Below are positions 17,506-26,902 of a DNA stretch of 26,902 nt, one piece after another. Each line of letters opens with the position of its first letter. The first letter of the stretch is position 1. The position numbers and the translations under genes were made by a program. The notes beneath the pieces were generated by a model. It worked only from the letters and a program-made list of their open reading frames with translations. It did not search any database and was not told the DNA's origin. The DNA is from Desulfobacca acetoxidans (GTDB lineage Bacteria; Desulfobacterota; Desulfobaccia; Desulfobaccales; 0-14-0-80-60-11): assembly GCA_020723225.1 (NCBI GenBank), contig DYJG01000001.1:1-26902 (forward strand), in the 5' to 3' direction.

Positions 17506-18096
17506 TCCTCCTGGTGGCCGCCCAAAAGAATCTCAAGCCGGAGCTCAATGCGACCCTGGGCCTGGGTTACGGAGGGCTGCAAGAGTCCGGCAATTTCCGG
17601 GATTATCTTAACTCCATCAATCACAACACCGTCGGCCTCAATTACTCCGCGTCCCTGATGTTCAAGTACCCGTTGGGAAACAACGCGGCCGAGGGCCTCG
17701 CGGCCCAAAAACTGGCCCAGAAACGCCAGGCCCAGATTCAGTCTGCTGATTTGGATCGAAAAATAAGGTCCAATGTCCTGGTGACCCTGGAGGCCTTGAC
17801 CCGCTACACGGCTGCGCTGAAGAAGGCCCGGGAGGCCGTGGCTTTGTACCAGCGGGGATCATGCCGATGAAAACCTGAGATTCCGCATGGGGGTGTCCAC
17901 CATCATCGATCTCATCACTGTGCAAAAACGGCTTTCCACCGCCATGGTCACCGAGGTGGACAGCCATTTGGACTACGCCAATGCCGTCATCAGACTGCGC
18001 TTTGAAACCGGAACCTTGATTGTGAAAGAAAAGGACCAGTATCGGGTAGAAATGAAGCGGCTGATTCACATCCCCGAAGCCAATGGCGCCACTTGA
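17506..18096 (+). pseudogene. C-terminal fragment of TolC-family outer-membrane efflux protein, with a frameshift at ~17856
   Basis: AAQKNLKPELNATLGLGY...SASLMFKYPLGNNAAEG...; after the GGGG run the +1 frame gives ENLRFRMGVSTIIDLITVQKRL...YANAVIRLRFETGTL. Confidence 0.78.
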
Positions 18097-18808
18097 TAGA
18101 GACTCGGTTGGCAGTCCAACGTGGCTTAAATATCGTCCTTCTCATAGTATGGTAGGTTTTGGCGAAAACCGGGATGCCGGCTATCTGCTATGCTCCGAAA
18201 CTTATCAACATGCTGAAAATACTACATATTAATGACATAACCGGTTTAGGGCATGGCGACGTATAGCTGTGAGTGCTAATCAAACTGCAGCCACGTTGGC
18301 AAGTCTGTCAGCCCTGATTGAATACCTCGGATTACTTACTTGCGGCCCCACTTATAGCGGGAACCACGAATAGGAGACTGGCTTGGATTCTAACTGAATA
18401 CCACACCACCCCAATAACCTTGACTTTGCACATAGGAGCTATTTGCGGCTTCCACCTAACCCCGCAGATCGATTGCGAATTAATTTCTTTATGAAAAAAT
18501 ATGTGCTATCCTGCCCCCCACGAGACCTCGGGCGAAAAATTGACCGTAAATGACCAAGGCGCACATTGCAGGGGGTATTATGGGTATATTCATCGGTTGG
18601 TATGGCAGATATTCTCGTGACATGGCACTCGCATTGAAACGTTTCCATGCGATTTTATCGTGCAACTTGAGGGGGGGTTAAGAATCGATGGCTGTTTCAC
18701 TGCACCGGGCAATAATTGGTGGGTTGAACTCATGGACATTCTAAAGCGCGCCGAAGTAGGAATATGATGTTTGACCCGTAGAGCCTCTCATCCCCTTGGC
18801 TGCCACTG

Positions 18809-18916
18809 TATGAAACTGTATGGATATGGCTGCATAAGCTTCGGGTAGCCATGGTGCGGCCAGGCCGTGACCGCTTGTCCGGTATCATTGAGATTGACGA
18901 AACCTATATTCATTGA
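18809..18916 (+). mobile_element. IS1595-family transposase remnant (36 codons)
   Basis: Manual translation YETVWIWLHKLRVAMVRPGRDRLSGIIEIDETYIH* matches the IS1595 segment W.WLHKLR.AMVRPGRDRL.G.VE.DETY, which includes the first DDE Asp. Confidence 0.82.
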
Positions 18917-18947
18917 GTTATTAAACGATCCATAAGGAGACTAGGTA

Positions 18948-19433
18948 ATGCGGCCCAAAAGGTTTTTACTTTGTTTTATCATAGGCATGATGATGGCGTC
19001 CTTCTTACCTCTCTCCCAGGGCCTGGCTTTTTCCGAGGCGGGGCTTTCCCGGGGGCAACTGGTTTATGTCCCGGTTTACTCCCATGTCTATTGGGGTGAT
19101 CTGGAAAAAAAATTTCTCTTGACCGGCATAGTGAGCATTCGCAATACAGACCCGAATCATGCCATTACAATAATTCTTGCAGATTACTATGACTCTGATG
19201 GGAAACTCATCAGGAGCTATTTGCCAAAACCATTGACCCTCAACCCCATGGCCTCCACTCGTTTCATAGTCAAAGAATCGGATACGAAAGGCGGGTCGGG
19301 GGCCAACTTTCTGGTAAAATGGAAGGCTGATACTGAAGTCAACGAACCCATTATGGAAGGGGTGATGATCGGTACAGCTTTCTCTCAGGGAATTTCCTTC
19401 ACCTCCCGGGGGAAAACGATCAAGAATAAATAG
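18948..19433 (+). CDS. DUF3124 family periplasmic protein
   Basis: GQLVYVPVYSHVY, SIRNTD, DYYDSDGKL, GGSGANFLVKW and EPIMEGVMIG motifs. AAGGAG RBS. Confidence 0.9.
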   Translation: MRPKRFLLCFIIGMMMASFLPLSQGLAFSEAGLSRGQLVYVPVYSHVYWGDLEKKFLLTGIVSIRNTDPNHAITIILADYYDSDGKLIRSYLPKPLTLNPMASTRFIVKESDTKGGSGANFLVKWKADTEVNEPIMEGVMIGTAFSQGISFTSRGKTIKNK

Positions 19434-19859
19434 CTCCCCTGTAATGCTCGGTCCTTTAAAACTTTTTGGTTCCACCCGGCAAAACCAGACGTCACAGGTT
19501 TAAAGCCGGTTCCGGACCAGAATAGGTCACCCAAGACCGGCTGACGACGATGATAAAGGTTCCAGTTTCCAAGGGTTGCGGAACATCAGAGCCGAATTTT
19601 GTTGACTCTGCGATTTCTGACATGATATACACCACTTAACTTTTAGCTTTAATTTTCTTTTAATCGCCCCTTTATATTGCTTACCACCGCCAGAGGTGGG
19701 AAGATTTTTCAGGGGAACCTAAGATGATAATAATTAAAAGTAATGAAGTACAACCTTTCAAGCGTGACCCTTGGATGATCGGCTAAGCCTTCCCTTTCCC
19801 TTCTCCACATTACTTAATAATAACTGATTTTAGCATAGATATAATAAGCTGATATTTCT

Positions 19860-19879
19860 TCTATCCATAAATGGATAGA
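19860..19879. promoter_or_regulatory. Perfect palindrome TCTATCCAT-AA-ATGGATAGA in an AT-rich upstream region
   Basis: 9-bp arms seen directly. An extra TATCCAT half-site lies near 19902. Confidence 0.4.
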
Positions 19880-20022
19880 CAAAATAGCTTATTGTGTATC
19901 TTATCCATTGTGCTCTATTTTTTGTGCTCATAGCTGACCCCATTATTCTTTACTTACATATAATAATTACCTACTAAGAAATAACGACATGTGATATGAA
20001 ATTTGATATGAAGGATTGATTT

Positions 20023-21066
20023 ATGTTTAAAAATAATGCCTTAAAGCTGATGGCCATATTGTTCTTAATTGCAGCTTTAAGCATTTTTATATTTGTAACC
20101 CGGCATACCCAATATCATTATCACTCGGTCTATCGGGAATTTTATTTTGTCCCCTTGATTTTGGCAGCATTTTGGTTCGGCTTGCGCGGCACCTTGTTGG
20201 CGGCGGGCGTTATCACTTTGTTTTATCTGGCGTTTATCGGTTTTTTTTGGCAAGGGCTATCTGTAGAAAAAATCAATACTTTCATAGAAATCATCTTTTT
20301 GAATGTTGTGGCCCTCATCCTGGGCATCCTCAGGGAGCGCGAATATCGAGAGCACCGCCGCACCCAAAAGATGGAGCATTTGGCGGTTATCGGCAAAACG
20401 GTTTCAGGCATTGCCCACGACATGAAAATTCCCTTAGTGGCCATTGCCGGTTTTTCCCGGCGAATCTTGAAAAAACTCGGGGAGGATGATCCCCATCGGG
20501 AAAAGCTGACCATCATATATCAGGAGGCGCAACGGCTGGAAAACATGGTCAGGGACATGTTGGACTATGCCCGTCCCTTAAATCTGTACCGGTCTCGGGA
20601 GGATGTGAATCAAATAATTCAGGAAAGTATAAATATTGTTAAAGAAGTTGCCGGAAAAAAGCAAATAACCATTAAAGAAAAACTATTTCCCGAGATGCCT
20701 CCTGCTGAGTTGGACCCCATGAGGATTAAGCAGGTGTTTATCAATTTATTGACCAACGCCATTCAAGCCTCTCCCTTCGGGGAGCCGGTGCTCGTGCGTT
20801 CTTCCGTCAAAGGGGAAAAAATTGTTATCGACGTCACCGATCACGGGCGGGGGCTTACCGCTGATCAGAAAGAGAATATCTTTACCCCGTTTTTTACCAC
20901 GAAAAAAGAAGGGGTCGGGCTTGGCCTGACCATGGTGAAAAACATCGTTTCCGCCCATGGTGGAGAGGTTCAATTCTTTGACAATCCTCCTCCGGAAACC
21001 GGCGTCACTTTTCGAGTTATCTTACCCAAGGACTCCAGAGTCTTGTCTCCATCGATAAAGAAGTAA
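20023..21066 (+). CDS. Membrane sensor histidine kinase (HisKA + HATPase_c)
   Basis: TM helices, H-box IAHDMKIPL, N-box NLLTNAIQAS, DHGRG, FTPFFTTK and GVGLGL motifs. Confidence 0.92.
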   Translation: MFKNNALKLMAILFLIAALSIFIFVTRHTQYHYHSVYREFYFVPLILAAFWFGLRGTLLAAGVITLFYLAFIGFFWQGLSVEKINTFIEIIFLNVVALILGILREREYREHRRTQKMEHLAVIGKTVSGIAHDMKIPLVAIAGFSRRILKKLGEDDPHREKLTIIYQEAQRLENMVRDMLDYARPLNLYRSREDVNQIIQESINIVKEVAGKKQITIKEKLFPEMPPAELDPMRIKQVFINLLTNAIQASPFGEPVLVRSSVKGEKIVIDVTDHGRGLTADQKENIFTPFFTTKKEGVGLGLTMVKNIVSAHGGEVQFFDNPPPETGVTFRVILPKDSRVLSPSIKK

Positions 21067-21073
21067 AAGAACT

Positions 21074-23056
21074 ATGCCGGTTCCCATTTTAACCGATCTC
21101 GTCATTATCTTCGGCCTCTCCATAGTGGTCCTGTTCATCTGTCACCAGCTCCGGGTGCCGGTGACGGTGGGGTTTATCCTCACCGGGATTCTGGCCGGCC
21201 CTCACCTGCTGGGTTTGGTCAAGGCCGTACACGAAGTAGAAATATTGGCGGAAATCGGGGTTATTCTATTACTCTTCACCATCGGCGTGGAATTTTCCTT
21301 CGCCAATCTTCTGCAGATCAGACAATCGGTGCTGGTAGCGGGCCCCATCCAGGTGGCCGCCACCTGTCTGGCCGGGCTGTTTCTATCCCTGCAATTCGGC
21401 AAGACCGTGGGCGAGGCAATTTTCATCGGCTTTCTGGTGTCCCTGAGCAGCACCGCCATCGTCCTCAAACTCCTCCAGGAGCGGGCCGAAGTTGACACCC
21501 CCCACGGCCGCACCAGCCTGGGCATCTTGATCTTTCAGGACATTATCATCGTGCCCATGATGCTCTTGGTCCCCTTGCTGGCTGGGGCGTCGGAAAATAT
21601 CGGGACTTCTTTTCTCATATTGTTGGCCAAAGGTCTGGTAATCATTGCCTTGGTAATCGCCAGCGCCAAGTGGGTGGTGCCCCATGTCCTTTACCAGGTC
21701 GCCCGCACCGGCAACCGAGAGCTCTTCCTGTTGTCTATTGTGCTGATCTGCATGGCCGTGGCCTGGCTGACGGCCCAGGCCGGCCTCTCCCTGGCCCTGG
21801 GGGCCTTTCTGGCCGGGTTGATCGTCTCCGAGACCGAATACAGTCATCAGGCTCTGGGCAATATCCTGCCGTTTCGGGATGTCTTTGCCAGTTTCTTTTT
21901 CATCTCCATCGGCATGTTGCTGGATGTGGGTTTTCTCCTTAAACATCCGGGGGTCATCGCCCTGCTCACCCTGGGGGTGTTGCTGGTCAAGGCCCTCCTG
22001 GCCGGCTCCGCCGCCCTGTTTCTGAAATTTCCCCTGCGTACCGCCATTCTGGTCGGCCTGGCCCTCTGCCAGGTGGGGGAATTCTCCTTCATCCTCTCCA
22101 AGGCGGGGCAGAGCCAAGGGTTATTTTCGGGTGACAGTTATCAACTCTTCCTGGATGTGACCATCATTACCATGGTGACCACCCCCCTGATGATGGCTCT
22201 GGCGCCCCAGGCCGCGAATTTTGTGTTGCGCTGGCCGCTGCCACAAAGATTGAAACTGGGGGCGCATCTGCAGGAAGAAATAAGCAAATCCACACCTGGG
22301 GACCACCTGATCATCGTCGGTTTTGGGGTGAACGGACGCAACCTGGCCCGGGCCGCCAAAACGGGGGGAATTCCCTATGTCATCATTGAAATGAACCCGG
22401 AAACGGTCCGCCGGGAAAGGGAGAGCGGCGAACCGATTTTTTATGGCGACGCGACCCAGGAAGAAATCTTGAAACACGCCAACATCAAAGAGGCCAGAAT
22501 TGTGGTGGTGGTCATCAACGACCCGGCGGCCACCCGGCGGATTGTCACTCTGGCCCGCAGCCTCAATCCAAGGGCCTATATCATCGTTCGCACCCGCTAT
22601 CTCCAGGAATTGCAGTCTCTGTTTGATCTGGGCGCCGATGACGTCGTGCCCGAAGAGTTTGAAACCTCGGTGGAGATCTTCACCCTGGTCTTAAGGAAAT
22701 ACCTGGTGGCCAAAGAAGAGATCGAAAGATTTGTTACCCAGGTGCGGGCCGACGGCTACCTGGTTTTACGAGGTATCTCCAAGGAGATAGATTCTGGGCT
22801 CAGGCACCTGCATGACTTCGAGATCAGCACTTTTCGCTTGAGCGAGCGGGCTCCCTTGGCGGGCAAATCTCTGGCCCAGGTCGAGTTGCGCAAGAAATTC
22901 GGGGTGACGGTCCTGGCCATCCGCCGCGATTCCCAGATGCTGTCCAATCCAGAGCCGGATATGCAGCTTCTGGCCAACGATCTCTTGATAGTCATGGGGA
23001 CCCCCGATAATCTAAGCAACTCCATTTGGTTATTTAAAAATCCAGAAAAGAGTTGA
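21074..23056 (+). CDS. CPA2 monovalent cation:proton antiporter with TrkA-N (KTN) and TrkA-C domains (KefC-like)
   Basis: LAEIGVILLLFTIGVEFS, SLSSTAIVLK, IFQDI, LGAFLAGL, CQVGEFSF, IIVGFGVNG and FYGDAT motifs, plus a C-terminal RCK_C. Confidence 0.93.
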   Translation: MPVPILTDLVIIFGLSIVVLFICHQLRVPVTVGFILTGILAGPHLLGLVKAVHEVEILAEIGVILLLFTIGVEFSFANLLQIRQSVLVAGPIQVAATCLAGLFLSLQFGKTVGEAIFIGFLVSLSSTAIVLKLLQERAEVDTPHGRTSLGILIFQDIIIVPMMLLVPLLAGASENIGTSFLILLAKGLVIIALVIASAKWVVPHVLYQVARTGNRELFLLSIVLICMAVAWLTAQAGLSLALGAFLAGLIVSETEYSHQALGNILPFRDVFASFFFISIGMLLDVGFLLKHPGVIALLTLGVLLVKALLAGSAALFLKFPLRTAILVGLALCQVGEFSFILSKAGQSQGLFSGDSYQLFLDVTIITMVTTPLMMALAPQAANFVLRWPLPQRLKLGAHLQEEISKSTPGDHLIIVGFGVNGRNLARAAKTGGIPYVIIEMNPETVRRERESGEPIFYGDATQEEILKHANIKEARIVVVVINDPAATRRIVTLARSLNPRAYIIVRTRYLQELQSLFDLGADDVVPEEFETSVEIFTLVLRKYLVAKEEIERFVTQVRADGYLVLRGISKEIDSGLRHLHDFEISTFRLSERAPLAGKSLAQVELRKKFGVTVLAIRRDSQMLSNPEPDMQLLANDLLIVMGTPDNLSNSIWLFKNPEKS

Positions 23057-23083
23057 AAGAAGATTAACCAAAAGGAAAACGAC

Positions 23084-24037
23084 ATGACGGCCGATTCCTA
23101 TCCTTATCACCGCATTCTCATCCCCTTTGACGGCAGCCCCTCGACGCACAAGGCCCTGGAGTGGGCAGCGCACCTGGCCCGGGCCGGGGGCGAGGCCGTG
23201 GAAAACATCACTTTGCTCCGGGTGATCGGCGGCGGTTATCTGGCTCGGCACATTCAAAACGTGGACCTCCGAGTCACGCGCATGGACCAGGTGGAAGCCT
23301 GGCGCAGGGTGCGCCAGCATCACCTGGATCATGAAATCATGCCTTCCCTGGAGGAAGCCAAGAAGATCCTCCAGGAACAGGGAGTAACCGCTCCTGTGGA
23401 AACCAGGGTTGCCGAAGGAAAGATCGGGGAAGAGATCATTCGCCTGGCCGCCTATGGCCGGTATGACGCCATCGTTATGGGACGGAGGGGATTGTCCCCG
23501 GTTAAGGGATTATTCCTGGGGAGTGTGACGCGCCAGGTCTTGTCGCTGGCCCAAAGGATTACTATTTTTGTGGTGGGTCCGGAAACGGTCTTTAATCCCG
23601 ACTGTCCCATTTCTCCCCTGCTGCTGCCGGTGGACGGCTCGGAGCCGGGCCTTGCCGCGGTCCGCCAAGGCGCGGCCCTGGCCCTGAACTTCAAGGACTG
23701 CGAACCCTGGTTGACTCTGCTCCACGTTGTCGACCTTTTTTTACTGGGAACGGCTTATGCCGAAGGAACCGCCCCCTTTATCGAGGAGGGGGAGAAAATC
23801 CTGGCAAACAGCCATCGCCTCCTGGAAGAGAGCAGCCTGGAAGATATGGTTGCCGAAAAATTGCTGGCCGGACATCCATCGCGTGTGATCGCCAGGGAAG
23901 CGGAGGAAGGCCAATATTCCCTGATCCTGATGGGGGCCCGGGGGTTATCTCCCCTGAAGCAACTGATTCTGGGCAGTGTCTCCGGCGATGTCATGTATCG
24001 GCTCTCGCGACCGGTTATCGGGATCGTTTATCCTTGA
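23084..24037 (+). CDS. Tandem universal stress protein
   Basis: Two USP domains: ILIPFDGS...IVMGRRGLS...LGSVT and LLPVDGS...ILMGARGLS...LGSVS. Confidence 0.92.
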   Translation: MTADSYPYHRILIPFDGSPSTHKALEWAAHLARAGGEAVENITLLRVIGGGYLARHIQNVDLRVTRMDQVEAWRRVRQHHLDHEIMPSLEEAKKILQEQGVTAPVETRVAEGKIGEEIIRLAAYGRYDAIVMGRRGLSPVKGLFLGSVTRQVLSLAQRITIFVVGPETVFNPDCPISPLLLPVDGSEPGLAAVRQGAALALNFKDCEPWLTLLHVVDLFLLGTAYAEGTAPFIEEGEKILANSHRLLEESSLEDMVAEKLLAGHPSRVIAREAEEGQYSLILMGARGLSPLKQLILGSVSGDVMYRLSRPVIGIVYP

Positions 24038-24161
24038 GAGGTATCGGCCTGGCCCCCTGCAACTCCTTTGAGATCAATTTCACCTTGAGAAATTGATCCT
24101 GAACCGGGTTTTTAACCAGGCATATCGGGTCATTTACCCGATTATTGATATTGGAGGAAAG

Positions 24162-26902
24162 ATGCAGTGGTATCAGCTTGACATTGATCGGGTTTTTGGG
24201 GACCTGAACACCTCGGAGCATGGTTTGGCCGATACCGAAGTCAGGGAGCGCCTGCAAAAATTCGGACCCAACAAACTGGCGGAAGAGGAAAGGATCAGCA
24301 GGCTGAAAATCCTGCTCCACCAGTTTAAAAGCCCGCTGATTTACATCCTGCTCATCGCCGCGGTGGTGACTGCCTTTCTCCAGGAATACAAGGATACCGG
24401 AGTAATTGTGTTTATCTTACTCCTGAATGCCGTGGTCGGCTATATCCAGGAGTACAAGGCGGAGAAAAACGTCCGGGCCTTGAAAAAAATGGTGGTGGCC
24501 AAGGCCCGGGTACTGCGGGACGATAAAGAGCAGGAAATTAACAGCGAGGACCTGGTGCCGGGGGATATCGTCTTCCTGGCCTCCGGCTCCCGGGTGCCCG
24601 CGGACCTCCGGCTCATAACGGCCATCGAACTCAGGGCCGACGAGTCCATGCTCACCGGGGAATCCATTCCGGCAGAAAAGATTACGTCCGTCATCCCGGA
24701 GGAAAATCTCACCCCCGGGGACCAGAGAAACATGGCCTTTATGGGGGCCGCGGTGGTGAACGGCAGGGCCAAAGGGGTAGCGGTGGCCACGGGGTCCAGG
24801 ACGGTCCTGGGCCGGATCGCCAGGGACGTCCAGGAACTCGGGGTGACGAAGGCTCCCCTTCAGGAGAAGATTGACCGGTTTGCCCATACCATCGGCATCA
24901 TCGTCCTGGTTGCCTCCTCATTGCTCTTTCTCATCGGCATCCTGGTGGGTGAAAGCGCCAAGGATATGTTCATGACCGCGGTGGCGGCGGCGGTGGCCGC
25001 GATCCCCGAGGGCCTGCCCATCGTCGTGACCATCACCCTGGCCATCGGCGTGGCCCGCATGGCCCAGCAAAACGCCATCATCCGCAAACTGCCGGCGGTG
25101 GAGACTTTGGGCAGCACCACCGTGATCTGCTCCGACAAAACTGGCACTCTTACCAAAAACGAAATGACCGTGCAGCGGGTCTATGACGGCGGCCATATCT
25201 ACGAGCTTACCGGCAGCGGCTACGAACCCCGGGGCGACATCCTGGAAGAGGGACGGCACATCAAACCTGCCGCCGATGCCGACCTGCTCATGCTTTTCCG
25301 GATCGGGCTCCTGTGCAACGAATCCGATATTTACCTGGAGGACGAACAGTATAAGGTGAACGGAGACCCCACCGAAGGCGCCCTGATCGTCTCCGCCATG
25401 AAGGCGGGGTTGAGCCCTGAAGGGGAGCGGGAGCGGTATCCGCAGCTGTTCATCATTCCTTTTGAGTCCGACCGCGGTTATATGGCCACCCTCCACCAGC
25501 AAGGGGACCGCAACCTGTTGTTTGTCAAGGGCGCGCCGGAAAAGCTTTTGGAAATCTGCGAAAAGTGTCGGCTGGATGCCTGGGAGGGAGTTCCCCGGGT
25601 GGCCGACCACTTTGCCCGGGAGGGCTTGCGGGTGTTGGGCATGGCCTACAAGGAAACCCCCGCCCGGCAGACGGAAATCACCATGGCCGACCTGAAAACC
25701 GGGCTGATCTTCGCCGGGCTGCAGGGGATGATTGATCCGCCGCGGCCCGAGGCTATAGACGCGGTGTCCGGCTGCAAGAAGGCGGGCATCCGGGTGGTGA
25801 TGATCACCGGGGATCACGCGGTCACTGCCGAAGCCATCGCCAAAAAACTGGGCATTGAGGAAGAAGAAGAGATCATCGAAGACCTGGCGGCCAAACCGAC
25901 GGAAGCCATGACTGATGAAGAACTTTTTACCGTCACCAGGGAGATGGCCAATGTCCTGGCCCTCCGCTCCGGCCTTGATGGCCGGACGTCTTCAAGCCTC
26001 ACCGGCAAACACATTCAGGCTATGAGCGACATGGAGTTCTTTGCTTTCACCAAAGAAGTCCTCGCGGCGCTGGTCAAACGATCGGGTCCTGAGGGCGCGG
26101 TGCGCAAGGTGCTGGCCGGCAAGGAACTGGAGACCATGAGTGACACGGCTCTTTTCCACCTTGTGCAGAAAGTCTCGGTCTACGCCCGGGTCGCTCCCCA
26201 TCATAAGCTTCGCATCACCCAGCAATTGCTCAAACATGGAGAGATTGTCGCCATGACCGGGGACGGGGTGAACGACGCCCCGGCGCTAAAAGCGGCCCAC
26301 ATCGGGGTGGCCATGGGCAAAACCGGCACCGATGTAGCCAAGGAGGCCTCGGACATGGTCATTGCCGATGATAATTTCGCGAGCATTTACCAGGCTGTGG
26401 GGCTGGGGCGGATCGTTTTTGACAATATCCGCAAGGTTACTTTTTTCCTGATCCCCACCGGCATCGCCGCCATCATCTCCATCCTGGCCACCGTGATGTT
26501 GGGGCTGCCCCTGCCTTACCTGCCCGCCCAACTCCTGTGGATCAACCTGGTGACCAACGGCCTCCAGGATGTGGCCCTGGCCTTTGAGCCGGGGGAGAAG
26601 GATGTTCTGGACCGGCCTCCCCGGCATCCCCAGGAAGGCATCATGTCCAGTCTGCTCATCCAACGCACCATCCTCGTGGCCCTCTTGATTTCCGCCGGAG
26701 TGGTCTATGCATTCATCCACGCCCTGAAAATGGGAGCTTCCCTGGAGAAGGCCCGGACCATCGCCGTCACCACCATGGTCTTTTTCCAGTTCTTCCAGGC
26801 ATTTAACAGCCGGTCCGAGTTACAGTCCCTCTTCCGTATGAACCCCCTGGGCAATCCCTTCCTCTTTTTCGGCACCATAGCCGCGTTCCTCGCCCACCTG
26901 GC
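24162..26902 (+). CDS. Cation-transporting P-type ATPase (P2, Ca2+/PacL-like), runs off the window end
   Basis: Not in the ORF track. GGAGG RBS then ATG 24162. One open frame carries TGES, PEGL, DKTGT (25134), KGAPE, MIDPPR, MITGD, TGDGVNDAPALK and LWINLVTN. Confidence 0.95.
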   Translation, partial: MQWYQLDIDRVFGDLNTSEHGLADTEVRERLQKFGPNKLAEEERISRLKILLHQFKSPLIYILLIAAVVTAFLQEYKDTGVIVFILLLNAVVGYIQEYKAEKNVRALKKMVVAKARVLRDDKEQEINSEDLVPGDIVFLASGSRVPADLRLITAIELRADESMLTGESIPAEKITSVIPEENLTPGDQRNMAFMGAAVVNGRAKGVAVATGSRTVLGRIARDVQELGVTKAPLQEKIDRFAHTIGIIVLVASSLLFLIGILVGESAKDMFMTAVAAAVAAIPEGLPIVVTITLAIGVARMAQQNAIIRKLPAVETLGSTTVICSDKTGTLTKNEMTVQRVYDGGHIYELTGSGYEPRGDILEEGRHIKPAADADLLMLFRIGLLCNESDIYLEDEQYKVNGDPTEGALIVSAMKAGLSPEGERERYPQLFIIPFESDRGYMATLHQQGDRNLLFVKGAPEKLLEICEKCRLDAWEGVPRVADHFAREGLRVLGMAYKETPARQTEITMADLKTGLIFAGLQGMIDPPRPEAIDAVSGCKKAGIRVVMITGDHAVTAEAIAKKLGIEEEEEIIEDLAAKPTEAMTDEELFTVTREMANVLALRSGLDGRTSSSLTGKHIQAMSDMEFFAFTKEVLAALVKRSGPEGAVRKVLAGKELETMSDTALFHLVQKVSVYARVAPHHKLRITQQLLKHGEIVAMTGDGVNDAPALKAAHIGVAMGKTGTDVAKEASDMVIADDNFASIYQAVGLGRIVFDNIRKVTFFLIPTGIAAIISILATVMLGLPLPYLPAQLLWINLVTNGLQDVALAFEPGEKDVLDRPPRHPQEGIMSSLLIQRTILVALLISAGVVYAFIHALKMGASLEKARTIAVTTMVFFQFFQAFNSRSELQSLFRMNPLGNPFLFFGTIAAFLAHL

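Noticed and set aside
18439-18648. 69-aa minus-strand ORF in the AT-rich gap
   Set aside because: No RBS or recognisable motif, and atypical composition.
24417-26720. Several minus-strand ORFs up to 299 aa
   Set aside because: Shadows of the continuous plus-strand P-type ATPase frame.

Overview
Most of the window (about 1,120-26,902) looks like Desulfobacterota-type DNA; this is inferred from gene content and style. The centre holds a RiPP locus on the minus strand: a core-less NHLP-leader-like protein, an RRE-bearing radical SAM/SPASM enzyme, a frameshifted possible ABBA-type prenyltransferase and three Nif11-type precursors. One precursor is missed by the ORF track. It has an internal deletion plus frameshift and a hidden Cys-every-fifth core, GG-WCPLHWCSRLLCPYHDCSPKAM. 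Diverging from this operon are a LytS/LytTR two-component pair and a broken NHLM-type export module (peptidase ABC lacking its C39 domain, and an ABC N-terminus fused in frame to a TolC C-terminus). Downstream on the minus strand lie two secreted proteins, an amidohydrolase, a SulP-STAS-cNMP transporter and a collagen/7-bladed-propeller protein. The right part is an ion-homeostasis block: DUF3124, histidine kinase, CPA2/KefC-like antiporter, tandem USP and a P-type ATPase with an unusual 38-aa triplication in its P-domain. An IS1595 scar separates it from the RiPP region. The first ~0.9 kb is GC-richer and patchwork (molybdoenzyme subunit start, doubly truncated epoxide hydrolase). The many abrupt junctions and 1-nt frameshifts may be real decay or assembly/sequencing artefact, and the sequence alone cannot decide. 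No rRNA, tRNA or CRISPR array was seen.
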